Origin: Phycisphaerales bacterium UBA5793
GTDB lineage: Bacteria > Planctomycetota > Phycisphaerae > Phycisphaerales > UBA5793
Reading direction: 5' to 3'
Length of the DNA: 64,000 nt
Assembly: GCA_002418285.1 (NCBI GenBank)
Contig: DIDT01000045.1
Span: 41,250-105,249, forward strand
The position numbers were made by a program, and so were the translations under genes. Within the stretch, counting starts at the first letter, position 1; each line of letters starts with the position of its first letter. Positions 1-8,964 of this stretch are shown piece by piece. The notes under the pieces are model-generated. The model was not told the DNA's origin. It did not search any database and saw only the letters and a program-made list of their open reading frames with translations.

Positions 1-183
1 GACCAGGAGTACCAGGCGTTGTATGGCATGCGCCTGGCGCTCGGGCCGCGACTCGACGAGATTCTGGATCGGATTCACGCGCGCGTCGGATCGCATCGCC
101 ACACGACGCGCGAGTCAAATAACGATGTGCGGCCAGCGACGCTGACCGTCAACGCCCCGGGTCACCACAGGCGACCTGCTTGA
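1..183 (+). CDS. 3' end of an upstream ORF (last 60 codons); possibly the catalytic molybdopterin subunit preceding the Fe-S subunit
   Basis: Frame 1 is open from the window edge to TGA at 181-183, 10 nt before the NarH-like gene start. Identity is inferred from operon context only; the 60 residues show no diagnostic motif. Confidence 0.3.
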   Translation, partial: DQEYQALYGMRLALGPRLDEILDRIHARVGSHRHTTRESNNDVRPATLTVNAPGHHRRPA

Positions 184-193
184 GGAGCACGCC

Positions 194-1495
194 ATGCCAA
201 ACGTCTACAACTGGCAACTCGGTCGAGCGATGGCCTACCCCTACGAGGAGGCGCATCCGAAATCACAGTTTGCCTTCGTCTTCAATATCAATCGCTGCAT
301 CGCGTGCCAGACCTGCACGATGGCGTGCAAGAGCACGTGGACGTTCTCGCGCGGCCAGGAATACATGTACTGGAATAACGTCGAGACGAAGCCCTTCGGC
401 GGATACCCCCACAACTGGGATGTGAAGATCCTCGACATGCTCAACAAGGCCAACCCGGATGGCCAGCGCTGGGGCGCGGGTGGCGAGGTCGGACCTGAAT
501 CCCCCTACGGCCAGTTCAACGGCAAATCGATCTTCGAAGCCGCGGAAAAATACTACGGCGAGGCGGAGGGCGCCAAGCGCGTGCTCGGCTATCTGCCGAC
601 GCAGGAGGAATGGACCACCGCGCCCAACATACACGAAGAAACGGCCGTCGGTGATCTGTTCGAAGGCGGCAAGCAGTTCGGCGGCTCGGCCCAGTTACCG
701 ACGCACAAAGTCTGGTTCTTCTATCTTCAACGACTGTGCAATCACTGCACCTACCCCGGCTGCCTGGCCGCATGTCCGCGGGGAGCGATCTACAAGCGCC
801 CCGAAGACGGCATCGTGCTCATCGACCAGAATCGCTGCAACGGCTATCGCAAGTGCGTCGAGGCCTGCCCATACAAGAAGGCCATGTATCGCACGACCAC
901 CCGCACGAGTGAGAAGTGTGTGGGCTGTTACCCTCGCGTCGAAGGCAAGGATCCGGAGCTGAGTCCCAACGGCGAGCCGCTTGAAACCCGATGCATGGCG
1001 GTGTGCCCGGGCCGTATCCGCATGCAGGGACTCGTCGCGATTGATGAACAGGGACACTGGGTCGCCGACCGCTGGAACCCATTGTACTACATGATCCGCG
1101 AGCGCCAGATTGCCCTGCCGCTGTACCCGCAGTTCGGCACCGAGCCCAATGGCTATTACATCCCGCCGCGCTGGGTGCCGCGCGCCTACCTCAAGCAGAT
1201 GTTCGGGCCCGGCGTGGAGCATGCGATCGAGCAGTACTCCTGTCCGGACCGAGACCTGCTCGCGGTACTCCAGCTGTTCCGCACCACGCAGCAGATCATC
1301 TTCCGCTACGAAGTCGTCAAGGGTCCGAAGGTGGCTGAGATCGAGGTCACCATGCCCGACGGTTCAGGCAAGACGCAGGAAATCTACAACGACACGGTCA
1401 TCGGGTACAACAAGTTCAACATCGAGTGCGTCCGCGTGACCGTCGAGGAACCGACGTTTGAACGACCTGCGGAACTGCATGTCAACAGCATCTGA
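194..1495 (+). CDS. 4Fe-4S beta subunit of a NarH/NxrB-like (type II DMSO-reductase family) molybdoenzyme
   Basis: 433-aa ORF with four ferredoxin-type Cys groups: CIACQTCTMAC, CNHCTYPGCLAACP, CNGYRKCVEACPYK, CVGCYPRVE. The N-terminus MPNVYNWQLGR...FAFVFNINRC is typical of nitrate reductase / nitrite oxidoreductase beta subunits. A TorD/NarJ-type chaperone gene starts 12 nt downstream. Confidence 0.9.
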   Translation: MPNVYNWQLGRAMAYPYEEAHPKSQFAFVFNINRCIACQTCTMACKSTWTFSRGQEYMYWNNVETKPFGGYPHNWDVKILDMLNKANPDGQRWGAGGEVGPESPYGQFNGKSIFEAAEKYYGEAEGAKRVLGYLPTQEEWTTAPNIHEETAVGDLFEGGKQFGGSAQLPTHKVWFFYLQRLCNHCTYPGCLAACPRGAIYKRPEDGIVLIDQNRCNGYRKCVEACPYKKAMYRTTTRTSEKCVGCYPRVEGKDPELSPNGEPLETRCMAVCPGRIRMQGLVAIDEQGHWVADRWNPLYYMIRERQIALPLYPQFGTEPNGYYIPPRWVPRAYLKQMFGPGVEHAIEQYSCPDRDLLAVLQLFRTTQQIIFRYEVVKGPKVAEIEVTMPDGSGKTQEIYNDTVIGYNKFNIECVRVTVEEPTFERPAELHVNSI

Positions 1496-1507
1496 GAGGA
1501 GCCGGCG

Positions 1508-2380
1508 ATGACCCGGGACGAAACAGGTCGATGTCTCACTGTTGAGGAGCTTGCCGCGCGCGCCGTGATTGGCCTCACCCTCTCTCACGCGTGGCGCGAT
1601 CCGATGCTTCAATCGTGCGAGTCGCCAATCGCTTCAGAAGACGACCTCAAGGCACTGCGCCGCGCGTGGCAGACAGTCGCAGAGAGCTGCGCTGAACTGG
1701 AGATGTCGGATCTCAGCCTCGGCGAACTCACCCCAGAGCGAGCATCGGTCGAACCTCTCATCGATTGGATTAGCGCGCCGCGCGCCGAACGGGTCTCTGC
1801 GTTCGACCGGACGTTCGGCATGGTGGCATCCAAAGACTGCCCGCCGTACGAAACGGACTATTGCCACTGGGAAGACCCCACGTACCGCGCGAGCCAGATG
1901 GCCGACGTGGCGGGCTTCTACCGCGCCTTTGGTGTCGAGCCCGGCGGCGAGAGCGCGGAGCGGCCGGACCACGTCGTGATCGAGCTCGAATTCATTGCAC
2001 TGCTGCACCAGAAAGCCCTGATTGCCCGCTCGGCCGATGAGCCGGAACACGCGCAGGTCTGCCTCGAAGCCATGCAGTCGTTCGTGCGCGATCACGCCGG
2101 CTGGTGGATGCCGACATTTGCGCGCTGCGTGCAGCGCCGCATCGAGCGGCACGCTGATTCGCCGGAACATACGCCTTTATCCGTCGTCACCAGCCTGGTG
2201 GGGGTCGGTGATCTGCTTCGCGCCTGGGCTGCGATCTTGCGCACCGACGCCGGGCTTCCCGCTTCGCGGGAAATCATCGCGCCCAAACCGCCCGTGTATC
2301 GCCCGGAGGAGGAGGACGACACCTGCGCATCGTGCGGGTCGCACATCGAAGCCCCCGACAATCCTGCTGCAGCACGATAG
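1508..2380 (+). CDS. TorD/NarJ-family redox-enzyme maturation chaperone (delta subunit)
   Basis: 290-aa ORF directly after the beta subunit. It contains the family core PPYETDY...ADVAGFYRAFG...PDHVVIELEFIALL. The beta-delta gene order matches type II DMSO-reductase operons. Confidence 0.7.
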   Translation: MTRDETGRCLTVEELAARAVIGLTLSHAWRDPMLQSCESPIASEDDLKALRRAWQTVAESCAELEMSDLSLGELTPERASVEPLIDWISAPRAERVSAFDRTFGMVASKDCPPYETDYCHWEDPTYRASQMADVAGFYRAFGVEPGGESAERPDHVVIELEFIALLHQKALIARSADEPEHAQVCLEAMQSFVRDHAGWWMPTFARCVQRRIERHADSPEHTPLSVVTSLVGVGDLLRAWAAILRTDAGLPASREIIAPKPPVYRPEEEDDTCASCGSHIEAPDNPAAAR

Positions 2381-2406
2381 TGTTGCGCGAAGACGATGCG
2401 GAAAGA

Positions 2407-2643
2407 ATGGTGGCATTGCTCGACGCTGCGCGATTCGGGATTTCTGACATCTTCCTAGGCGGGAGCACCGAGGGCGGAAACGCCGGGCCCCAGAGCAACA
2501 TCGATCTCATGGTGGTTTGCACAGAGTCCAAATCCCAACGAGACCAGCCGAGTCATTGGTTCGAGGGCTGCGGCCTCTGTCTGGCGGAATTCGCCTTTCG
2601 GCAGACTGGATATACCTTCCCCGGTGGGATATTCAAGATCTGA
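2407..2643 (+). CDS. small nucleotidyltransferase-fold protein, probably degenerate
   Basis: ATG at 2407 lies inside ORF 2332..2643. GGSTEGGNAGPQSNIDLMVV resembles the pol-beta NTase G-S-x(9-13)-D-x-[DE] signature, but the second acidic position is Met. No HEPN-like partner follows. Confidence 0.3.
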   Translation: MVALLDAARFGISDIFLGGSTEGGNAGPQSNIDLMVVCTESKSQRDQPSHWFEGCGLCLAEFAFRQTGYTFPGGIFKI

Positions 2644-2794
2644 TGGGTGACTGAATCCCTCGATCTGAGCCACCGCCCGATCTGCGCGCGCTCCAACTTG
2701 GAGTCGGCATTTCGGCGCTTGATGCAGCGACGTGAGACGACCAGTGTCCGCTCAACCAGATGGCCTGGTATTAAGAGAAAGGACTCCAACGCGG

Positions 2795-4066
2795 CTACGG
2801 CACCAACTGCGCTTCCGCCGGCTGCAGGTGATAGATCGACCCTTCGGTCCTCGACTGCTTGTTTTCAATCAAAACGATTCCCTGACCCGCCAAAAACCCA
2901 ACGACGCTTGCCAGAAACACCGGCACAGGTTCGCCGCAGCCGGTCAACGCCAGGACAATCAATGCAGATGCAAGCGGTGTTTGTGTCGCAGCAGAGTTGA
3001 ACGCCGCCATGCTGCAAACCATGATGAGTGTCGGATCCATCCCAGGCACAGCCATCGCAATGATCTTCCCCAGCACCGCGCCCATGAATATGTGCGGAAT
3101 GATCAGACCTCCCTGCCAGTGGCCGCGAATCGTCACCGACGCGGCGCACATCTTCGCAAGCAGCAGCACCACCAGCGCAATCGCCGTCGCCTCCTGCAGC
3201 TGAATCACCTGTGGAATCTGGGTGCTGCCATAGAAGTAACTTAGTGGGACGAAGTAGCCCAACAGCCCGATCATCAATCCAGCCAGAGTCGTCTGTGCCA
3301 CCAGGGGCAGTCTCGAGCGCTTGACCAGTCTGCCCAGCGCGCCAAACAGCAGCGAGTACACCTTGGCCACCGGGCCGCAGGCCAACCCGACCCCCGCAGC
3401 CGCCAGCGGCGTCCACCACAACGATGCGCCCGCTGTTGTGATCGTCACGTGCCATGGTTGAACGATGCCGTGTCCGATGGTGACCGTCATCGTCAGGAAC
3501 GCCACGCAACTGCACACCAGCGTCGGAACAATCGCCTCGTAATACTCCAGGCCCCGGGTATGCAGCATCTCCAGCCACAACAGCGCGCCGCCCATCGGCG
3601 CACCCAGAAAGGCTCCAAAGCCCGCGCCCATTCCTGCTAGTGTGAGCACCCGTTTGAGCGCAGGCAACTTGATGCGTTTTGCAAACCATGCACCGAGCGA
3701 ACCTCCTGCTTGTGTAAGCGCCCCCTCCGGGCCCGCGCTTTGCCCCGCGACGAGCCCGATGATCGATACGGGCTGGATCGGCAGATTGTCCTTCATGGGC
3801 AACTCGCCTGACTTGTGAAAGTGATAGATGATCGTCGCCATGCTTCCCGGATCGGAAAACAACTTGAGAATCAGCCCGACCATCAACCCCACAAGCGTGC
3901 TGAACCAGATGCGATCGACACCGCTCGAAAGCCATTGCTCCCAGATTAATCGATCCAGCCCGTGCCAGATCACGAGAAACCCCGAACAGAACAGTCCAAC
4001 CACTGCGCCCAGAGCTGCCGACCATAATACCATTTGCCAGAACGTCTTCTGCGCCATGGAAAGCAT
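2795..4066 (-). CDS. ClC-family voltage-gated chloride channel / H+-Cl- antiporter
   Basis: Polytopic membrane protein. VAGQSAGPEGALTQAGGSLG and GGLIIPHIFMGAVLG correspond to the conserved G(K/R)EGP and GxFxP ClC segments, and GAPMGGALLWLE is also present. The start is set at ATG 4064-4066 (MLSMAQK), just after GGAGGAG. The ORF stays open to 4273, but those 69 extra codons show weak third-position GC bias. Confidence 0.8.
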   Translation of the reverse strand: MLSMAQKTFWQMVLWSAALGAVVGLFCSGFLVIWHGLDRLIWEQWLSSGVDRIWFSTLVGLMVGLILKLFSDPGSMATIIYHFHKSGELPMKDNLPIQPVSIIGLVAGQSAGPEGALTQAGGSLGAWFAKRIKLPALKRVLTLAGMGAGFGAFLGAPMGGALLWLEMLHTRGLEYYEAIVPTLVCSCVAFLTMTVTIGHGIVQPWHVTITTAGASLWWTPLAAAGVGLACGPVAKVYSLLFGALGRLVKRSRLPLVAQTTLAGLMIGLLGYFVPLSYFYGSTQIPQVIQLQEATAIALVVLLLAKMCAASVTIRGHWQGGLIIPHIFMGAVLGKIIAMAVPGMDPTLIMVCSMAAFNSAATQTPLASALIVLALTGCGEPVPVFLASVVGFLAGQGIVLIENKQSRTEGSIYHLQPAEAQLVP

Positions 4067-4420
4067 CACTCCTCCAGCCATCCAAGCAACTGCATCATGG
4101 TAGGCTAACGAGCCCCCGCCCAGACTGTGATCGCCGGCGGCGGCAGAACGGGCCTGAGCTATTACCAGATGCCTGCCGCCTAGCGAGCCGTCTGTCGATT
4201 TGCGCCGAGGCCGAGGCTCTGTCGATTCGCGAAGTACGATATCTTGAGTCGCGACGATGGTTTCCCTCTGCAATTTGCAACTGTAGAAACCACGCCATCG
4301 CTCGCGTATCTCTGTTCCCTCTCACGCTGATGCGAACACTGTTGCGCCCCCACTACTTTCGTAAGATGATGAAGGCCAGTCACTTAGGGCTGGCCTTTGT
4401 CTTGCGCGGAAACGGGGCTG

Positions 4421-4460
4421 GGCGTGTTTGGGCTTGTCTGGGCTTGTCTGGGCGTGCCGA
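4421..4460. repeat. four tandem 10-bp units GGCGTGTTTG/GGCTTGTCTG/GGCTTGTCTG/GGCGTGCCGA
   Basis: Read directly from the sequence. It lies in the divergent intergenic region between the ClC gene and ORF 4695. The same 10-mer vocabulary recurs at 23655-23674 and, inverted, at 23888-23917. Confidence 0.8.
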
Positions 4461-4694
4461 GTCTGGTCTCGATCCTGGAGCACGAGCGTGCAACGTGGCG
4501 AGCCGGAAGGCGGAGCTGACCGGGGTGGCACCGCTGGGAGACTGGGACTCGATTTGGGCCAAGCGGGGCATCCGTGTCGCGCCGTCAATGCCGCCGCGTG
4601 AATTGCCAAGAGGAGGGCGACCTCAGACGATCCGGTCTCAAGGGCGGTCGTCAGAGGCCTTGCGAGCCGATCGGCCAGAAGAATACCCTTCCCC

Positions 4695-5861
4695 ATGCAA
4701 GTCTGCTTTCACTTTGATGAAAACGCTCTGGGTAGCGGCGCCCGCGCAATTGAGTTCTTGCTTAAGCACGGAAGACGCCGCGACCTCAAGATCCGGTCCA
4801 GACTCTACGGCGGATCGCTTCTCATTCACACGGGTGCCGAAGCGCTAGTCCACCGGGGCCGCACCACCACGAGCAAAACGAACCTGGAAACACTGGAATC
4901 GCTTACTCGCGAGTGGCTAACGCCACAGCCCTTCTGCTGGTTCGGTCTCTTGCCGCGAGCTGTCGAAGTTGTCTCTTCCAGCCACGTCTACTGCACGCTC
5001 TTCGAGACGATCGAGCCTCGCCAAGCCCTGCAACTTCACAGCGCTGCATCGAAAGCGTTGCCGGACTTGTACCTGGGCGCACTTCAAGTCGACGAATGCC
5101 TGCCCTCTCATCTTGCTGGATACCAGCTCATGGCTATGCTCCGAGTTGATGGCAAGGCTGCGTACGTAACTTGGGACGGACTTTCTCCGGACTCAAAGCA
5201 GCCGTGGCTCCTTGAACTGCTTCACCGGGTAGGCTTTGATCCAGTCGATTACGAGGATGTGTCTGCCAAGTTCACGATCTTTGATCGCCACGGCGGCTGC
5301 GACTCAAGGCTCAGATCCGCCCAGTGCCGACGCTCCATGGTCGAACTATTTGATGGGGTAGTTGACTCCTCTCTTGTTCGCATTAGAGACGCCATGCCCG
5401 ACGTCCACGAACGCTTGTGGGCAACACTTCGTGGATTTGAAACAGCGAGCGTCGATGAACAGTTCACCAGCGTCGCACTGGGCTGTCGGCGGCTGATCGA
5501 GTACGCCGCAGACTGCCTCTTTCCTCCCAAAGCGTCGGCTCCAAATGAGCGGAAGCTCGACAAGGCCTCATTCAAAAACCGATTGCTGAAGTACCTGGAG
5601 GAGTGCCAAGTCGAACGGACAGATGTGCGAATGATTGAAGCGAATCTTGAACATGCTGCAGCGTGCGTTGATCGGCTGCTCGAACTCGCAAATCGGGGCG
5701 TGCATTCCAGTTCGACGCGCGATCAGGCGAGGCGGTGTATTCTCGGTACGGTGATTCTCTTGGATGATCTCTGCAATGTCAATCGCAAAGGGTTTGCCGT
5801 GCGCATCTCGCTCAACACGGAGGCAATTGAAGGCATTACAGGGAAACACTCGTCGCCGTAA
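4695..5861 (+). CDS. hypothetical protein; the C-terminal helical region is reminiscent of DUF4145
   Basis: 388-aa ORF convergent with the ATPase-HNH operon. The C-terminal segment ALGCRRLIEYAADCLF...KNRLLKYL...VDRLLELANRGVHSS resembles, from memory, the DUF4145 pattern (CRRxLE ... R..GN..H) seen in restriction- and Abi-associated proteins. The N-terminal 230 aa are unassignable. Confidence 0.5.
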   Translation: MQVCFHFDENALGSGARAIEFLLKHGRRRDLKIRSRLYGGSLLIHTGAEALVHRGRTTTSKTNLETLESLTREWLTPQPFCWFGLLPRAVEVVSSSHVYCTLFETIEPRQALQLHSAASKALPDLYLGALQVDECLPSHLAGYQLMAMLRVDGKAAYVTWDGLSPDSKQPWLLELLHRVGFDPVDYEDVSAKFTIFDRHGGCDSRLRSAQCRRSMVELFDGVVDSSLVRIRDAMPDVHERLWATLRGFETASVDEQFTSVALGCRRLIEYAADCLFPPKASAPNERKLDKASFKNRLLKYLEECQVERTDVRMIEANLEHAAACVDRLLELANRGVHSSSTRDQARRCILGTVILLDDLCNVNRKGFAVRISLNTEAIEGITGKHSSP

Positions 5862-5956
5862 CGATCGTGGCAGTCTGATCCGGGGGCCAGTTGGGACTGT
5901 CCGTCGCCTGTCACGGGGTCGTCCGGCCAGTCCTCTAGCTCTGACTTGAAATGTAA

Positions 5957-5976
5957 AGTCGAGTAGCGTCTCGACT
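5957..5976. terminator. hairpin between convergent genes (AGTCGAG-tagcgt-CTCGACT)
   Basis: Perfect 7-bp stem with a 6-nt loop. It abuts the HNH gene stop codon (5976-5978) and lies about 95 nt after the stop of ORF 4695..5861. There is no strong U-tract. Confidence 0.3.
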
Positions 5977-7097
5977 CAGTTTATCGCGGGAGGTAAGGCA
6001 GGCTCGATCCCCAAGCGCCTCCGGTCTTCTTCGAGTTGCAACAGCGTGTCCTCGATTATCGCCCCGGTTGCAGCTGCAAATCTGTACAGTTCGCAGCAGT
6101 AAATTGCGCGAGCGCGCTTGCCGATCCACGCGGATTCCAGATGGGCCAGGAGCTCGAACTTCTCGACAACGGTTTGCGCATCTACTGGCTGCGTTTCATT
6201 CTTGAGGCAGTCGACCACGCTCCGCTGAATTGTCTGAATGTCGTCCATGATGGCAGCGCCCCAGTATTCAGACAAACGGAACAACCCGTCCAGATTCTCG
6301 ACGCGCTTTGCGTCGGCTACCTCAATAGCCGAAAGCTCTATGCCCAGCGTGCGATCGGGCTTCTCCACGAAGTCGACCGTAAACCGGTTCCTCGCCGTTC
6401 GTAGCCGCGGATGGAACCACTGCGATGCTTGATCTGCTTCATCCCAATCGAGGGGTACCTTGTCCCCCTTGCGATCTCCTTTGTTGGACTCATGGCAGGA
6501 CGGAATCAGATTGTCGGGGTGAACGGACAGAAATGGAAAGGCACTCTTGGGCAGGAAATGATCTACCTCGACGCTCTGTAGTTCACCATCGCAATAGGGA
6601 CAAATTCTCGCACGTGGCGCACGTACGTACAACTCCTTGGTGAGTTTCTCTGGCGCGCCTTGAATCGACACTGGATATCCGAGCGACTTGTTGAGCCATG
6701 GATCGTCGAAAGCGAGCAACAGTCGCCTCATAGCTTCGTGGACGGGCGATTGAGTCCAGTAGTCCCGGTCCGTCTTGCGGAGACGTACCGCCCCGTTCTG
6801 GGCATAACAGTGCCGAAATGCATGCTGCTCCCGCATTACGGCAATGAACTCCTGCTTTGGTCCCTGGTTGGCGCTCGCAATGGTGGACAGCAGCGATTGT
6901 CGTTCGCCGCCACTGTTCGTCCAGAATCTCTGAATCCACTCCCGATCCACTCTCGGCCACGCAACGTCCGACAACCACTGAAGATCAACGGTTGCGCCCT
7001 CGGGTAGCGCGCACAATCGTCGGACGAGACGCCGCTGAAGCACGACAATTCGCAGCATGTTTTGACGAACGGCGGAATCAGGCACCGGGTGTATCAT
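5976..7097 (-). CDS. HNH endonuclease-domain protein (PtuB / TIGR02646-like)
   Basis: 373-aa ORF with an HNH core: ICPYCDGELQSVEVDHFLPKSAFPFLSVHPDNLIPSCHESNKGDRKGDK. Its start (ATG 7097, or alternatively ATG 7058) overlaps or closely follows the ATPase stop at 7078-7080. Confidence 0.8.
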   Translation of the reverse strand: MIHPVPDSAVRQNMLRIVVLQRRLVRRLCALPEGATVDLQWLSDVAWPRVDREWIQRFWTNSGGERQSLLSTIASANQGPKQEFIAVMREQHAFRHCYAQNGAVRLRKTDRDYWTQSPVHEAMRRLLLAFDDPWLNKSLGYPVSIQGAPEKLTKELYVRAPRARICPYCDGELQSVEVDHFLPKSAFPFLSVHPDNLIPSCHESNKGDRKGDKVPLDWDEADQASQWFHPRLRTARNRFTVDFVEKPDRTLGIELSAIEVADAKRVENLDGLFRLSEYWGAAIMDDIQTIQRSVVDCLKNETQPVDAQTVVEKFELLAHLESAWIGKRARAIYCCELYRFAAATGAIIEDTLLQLEEDRRRLGIEPALPPAIN

Positions 7098-8964
7098 CAG
7101 TTATTCCGTCAAGAATCTGCTGCAGCCTGGCTCGCGGCCACCCACCGCCAATCGCCGAAACAAGTGTCTCCAATTCTTCTCGGCTCTTGCCGTCCCATGT
7201 CCGTGCCAAATACCTGCGCAATGCTTGCTCCGCCCGCGAACCTATTGATGCCTGCATTCCGAAGACATGCAGCATCACGCGACCTGGCTCAGCGCCGAAC
7301 GTTGAAAAGGAAACGGGATGAAGTACGGCTTGGCCATACTCACGAGTCAGCCGGACTATCTCACTCGCGAATGCGTCGGTCAGCGCAATGCTCGTATGCG
7401 TAGCAACCATCACTTGAGCCGCGGTCGTCTTCAGCACATTGTCATCGATGATGTCGATGATCTCGCGCTTCCAGGAGTCATTGAAATGAGTCTCCGGCTC
7501 GTCAAGCAAAAGCAGGCTCCCATCCCGCTCTCTCAGCAGCAGCAACAGCGCCATTCGGCCCAGGAGCATGCGCTCTCCGTCGCTGAAGTCGTCCAACGTC
7601 AGGACCACATCATCCAGTTTGCCGTCGTGCGCGGCCATCTGGGTAGTGCGCTTCACGGTGACGGTCACATCTTCGATCAGTCCGGCCGCCCACCATGCGT
7701 GTAGGGCACGGAACACATCCCACAACGCACGATCAGTCCAGTCGGCCGCCTGCTTCCGAACCGTACTCAGCGCGCGTACTACGGCCTCTGCCCCTGAGGG
7801 CGAGCCATCCACGCGATCAACGATCTCCCGCAATGGCTCAGGCACTCGATTGCCAACCGAGACTCCTCGAATGTCTGGCTCGATTCGCCGCTCGAAGCGC
7901 CCAAGATCTATCACCATCTGCAATCGCCCCAACGGCTGTCGAATGACTTCATCTGCGAGTGCCGTCAGGGCCATCCACTGTGCCAGCCACTCCGAGTTGA
8001 GCTCCTGGGAGGGCGGGCGATAGGTGATGCTCAAGTGCGTTGGCCACCACCAATCGATCTCATTCAAAAGCGTGCGCGCATCTTTCTCGGCCGGGCGCTC
8101 TCCTTTCTGCTGCTGAGCCACGGCCGTCCGCAATGCGCTTCGCCATGTGTCCAGTTGCGAGAACGCGGCGCCATCGGTTAACTCTCGTGCCGCCACAATC
8201 AGCCCAACTGAAATGGCTGCCAGTTTTAGATCGTGCGGCCCCAACAGAAGACACTTGGCGTCGGCACCACGATCGGTAGGGTTTATTCGTGCCTGAATCG
8301 CCGCTCGCTCAGACTTATCGATTGCGACCTCTGGGGAATTCAGTTCGCGTTCGACGGTCCACCCTCGCGGCCGGTCTTGATCGTCACTCAACCCGTGATA
8401 GGTGGCATGAGACAAATCGACATCTGACAAATCTGCTTGGCGCACCTTCTCCCATGCGTCCAAGTCACCGGATGTGTATGCCACAACTGACGAGGGAAGA
8501 TACCGACTCACCAATTGGTTGCCGGACATTCGATCGCCCGTGACCGTCTGCGCCCAAAACTCTGCATGCGCCACTTCCTTATCATCAACTGCAGACAGCA
8601 CTTCTACCCAATCAACCTCGTCCTTGCCGGCAATACATGCCTCCCACAAGTGCCAACTCTCCGGAATGACGGCGAACACGGCTTCGCTCGCGGTCTTTCC
8701 CATGTGCCGGAATACCACCATGGCTCGCTCATCGTCTCGATTCATTTCGTAAACGAGCGCTACTGGAAACGGTGGAACGCGTTCGGCTTCCAGCCAGCGA
8801 AATGTCTCATAGACCGCTCGCAACAGACTGCTCTTTCCAGTTCCGTTCAGACCGACGACGAACTGCAATGAGCCTTTGCGATCGAGGATCGTCTCTTCAC
8901 GAAACTCCACCTTGAGATCTCGCAGCACGCCGTAGTCGGGCAGGTGAAGATATCGCAGCCTCAT
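7078..8964 (-). CDS. ABC/SMC-like AAA ATPase (AAA_15/AAA_21 type; PtuA-like, restriction-system-associated)
   Basis: 628 aa with Walker A VGLNGTGKSS, a signature-like FSDGERMLLGRMALL, Walker B LLLLDEPETHF and H-loop VATHTS. The ATG shares ATGA with the hsdS stop at 8961-8964. Confidence 0.85.
   Translation of the reverse strand: MRLRYLHLPDYGVLRDLKVEFREETILDRKGSLQFVVGLNGTGKSSLLRAVYETFRWLEAERVPPFPVALVYEMNRDDERAMVVFRHMGKTASEAVFAVIPESWHLWEACIAGKDEVDWVEVLSAVDDKEVAHAEFWAQTVTGDRMSGNQLVSRYLPSSVVAYTSGDLDAWEKVRQADLSDVDLSHATYHGLSDDQDRPRGWTVERELNSPEVAIDKSERAAIQARINPTDRGADAKCLLLGPHDLKLAAISVGLIVAARELTDGAAFSQLDTWRSALRTAVAQQQKGERPAEKDARTLLNEIDWWWPTHLSITYRPPSQELNSEWLAQWMALTALADEVIRQPLGRLQMVIDLGRFERRIEPDIRGVSVGNRVPEPLREIVDRVDGSPSGAEAVVRALSTVRKQAADWTDRALWDVFRALHAWWAAGLIEDVTVTVKRTTQMAAHDGKLDDVVLTLDDFSDGERMLLGRMALLLLLRERDGSLLLLDEPETHFNDSWKREIIDIIDDNVLKTTAAQVMVATHTSIALTDAFASEIVRLTREYGQAVLHPVSFSTFGAEPGRVMLHVFGMQASIGSRAEQALRRYLARTWDGKSREELETLVSAIGGGWPRARLQQILDGITDDTPGA

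Noticed and set aside
2647-3000. ORF following the small NTase gene as a possible HEPN toxin partner
   Set aside because: There is no RxxxxH HEPN motif. The frame is antisense to the 3' end of the ClC gene and starts with GTG in a poor context.
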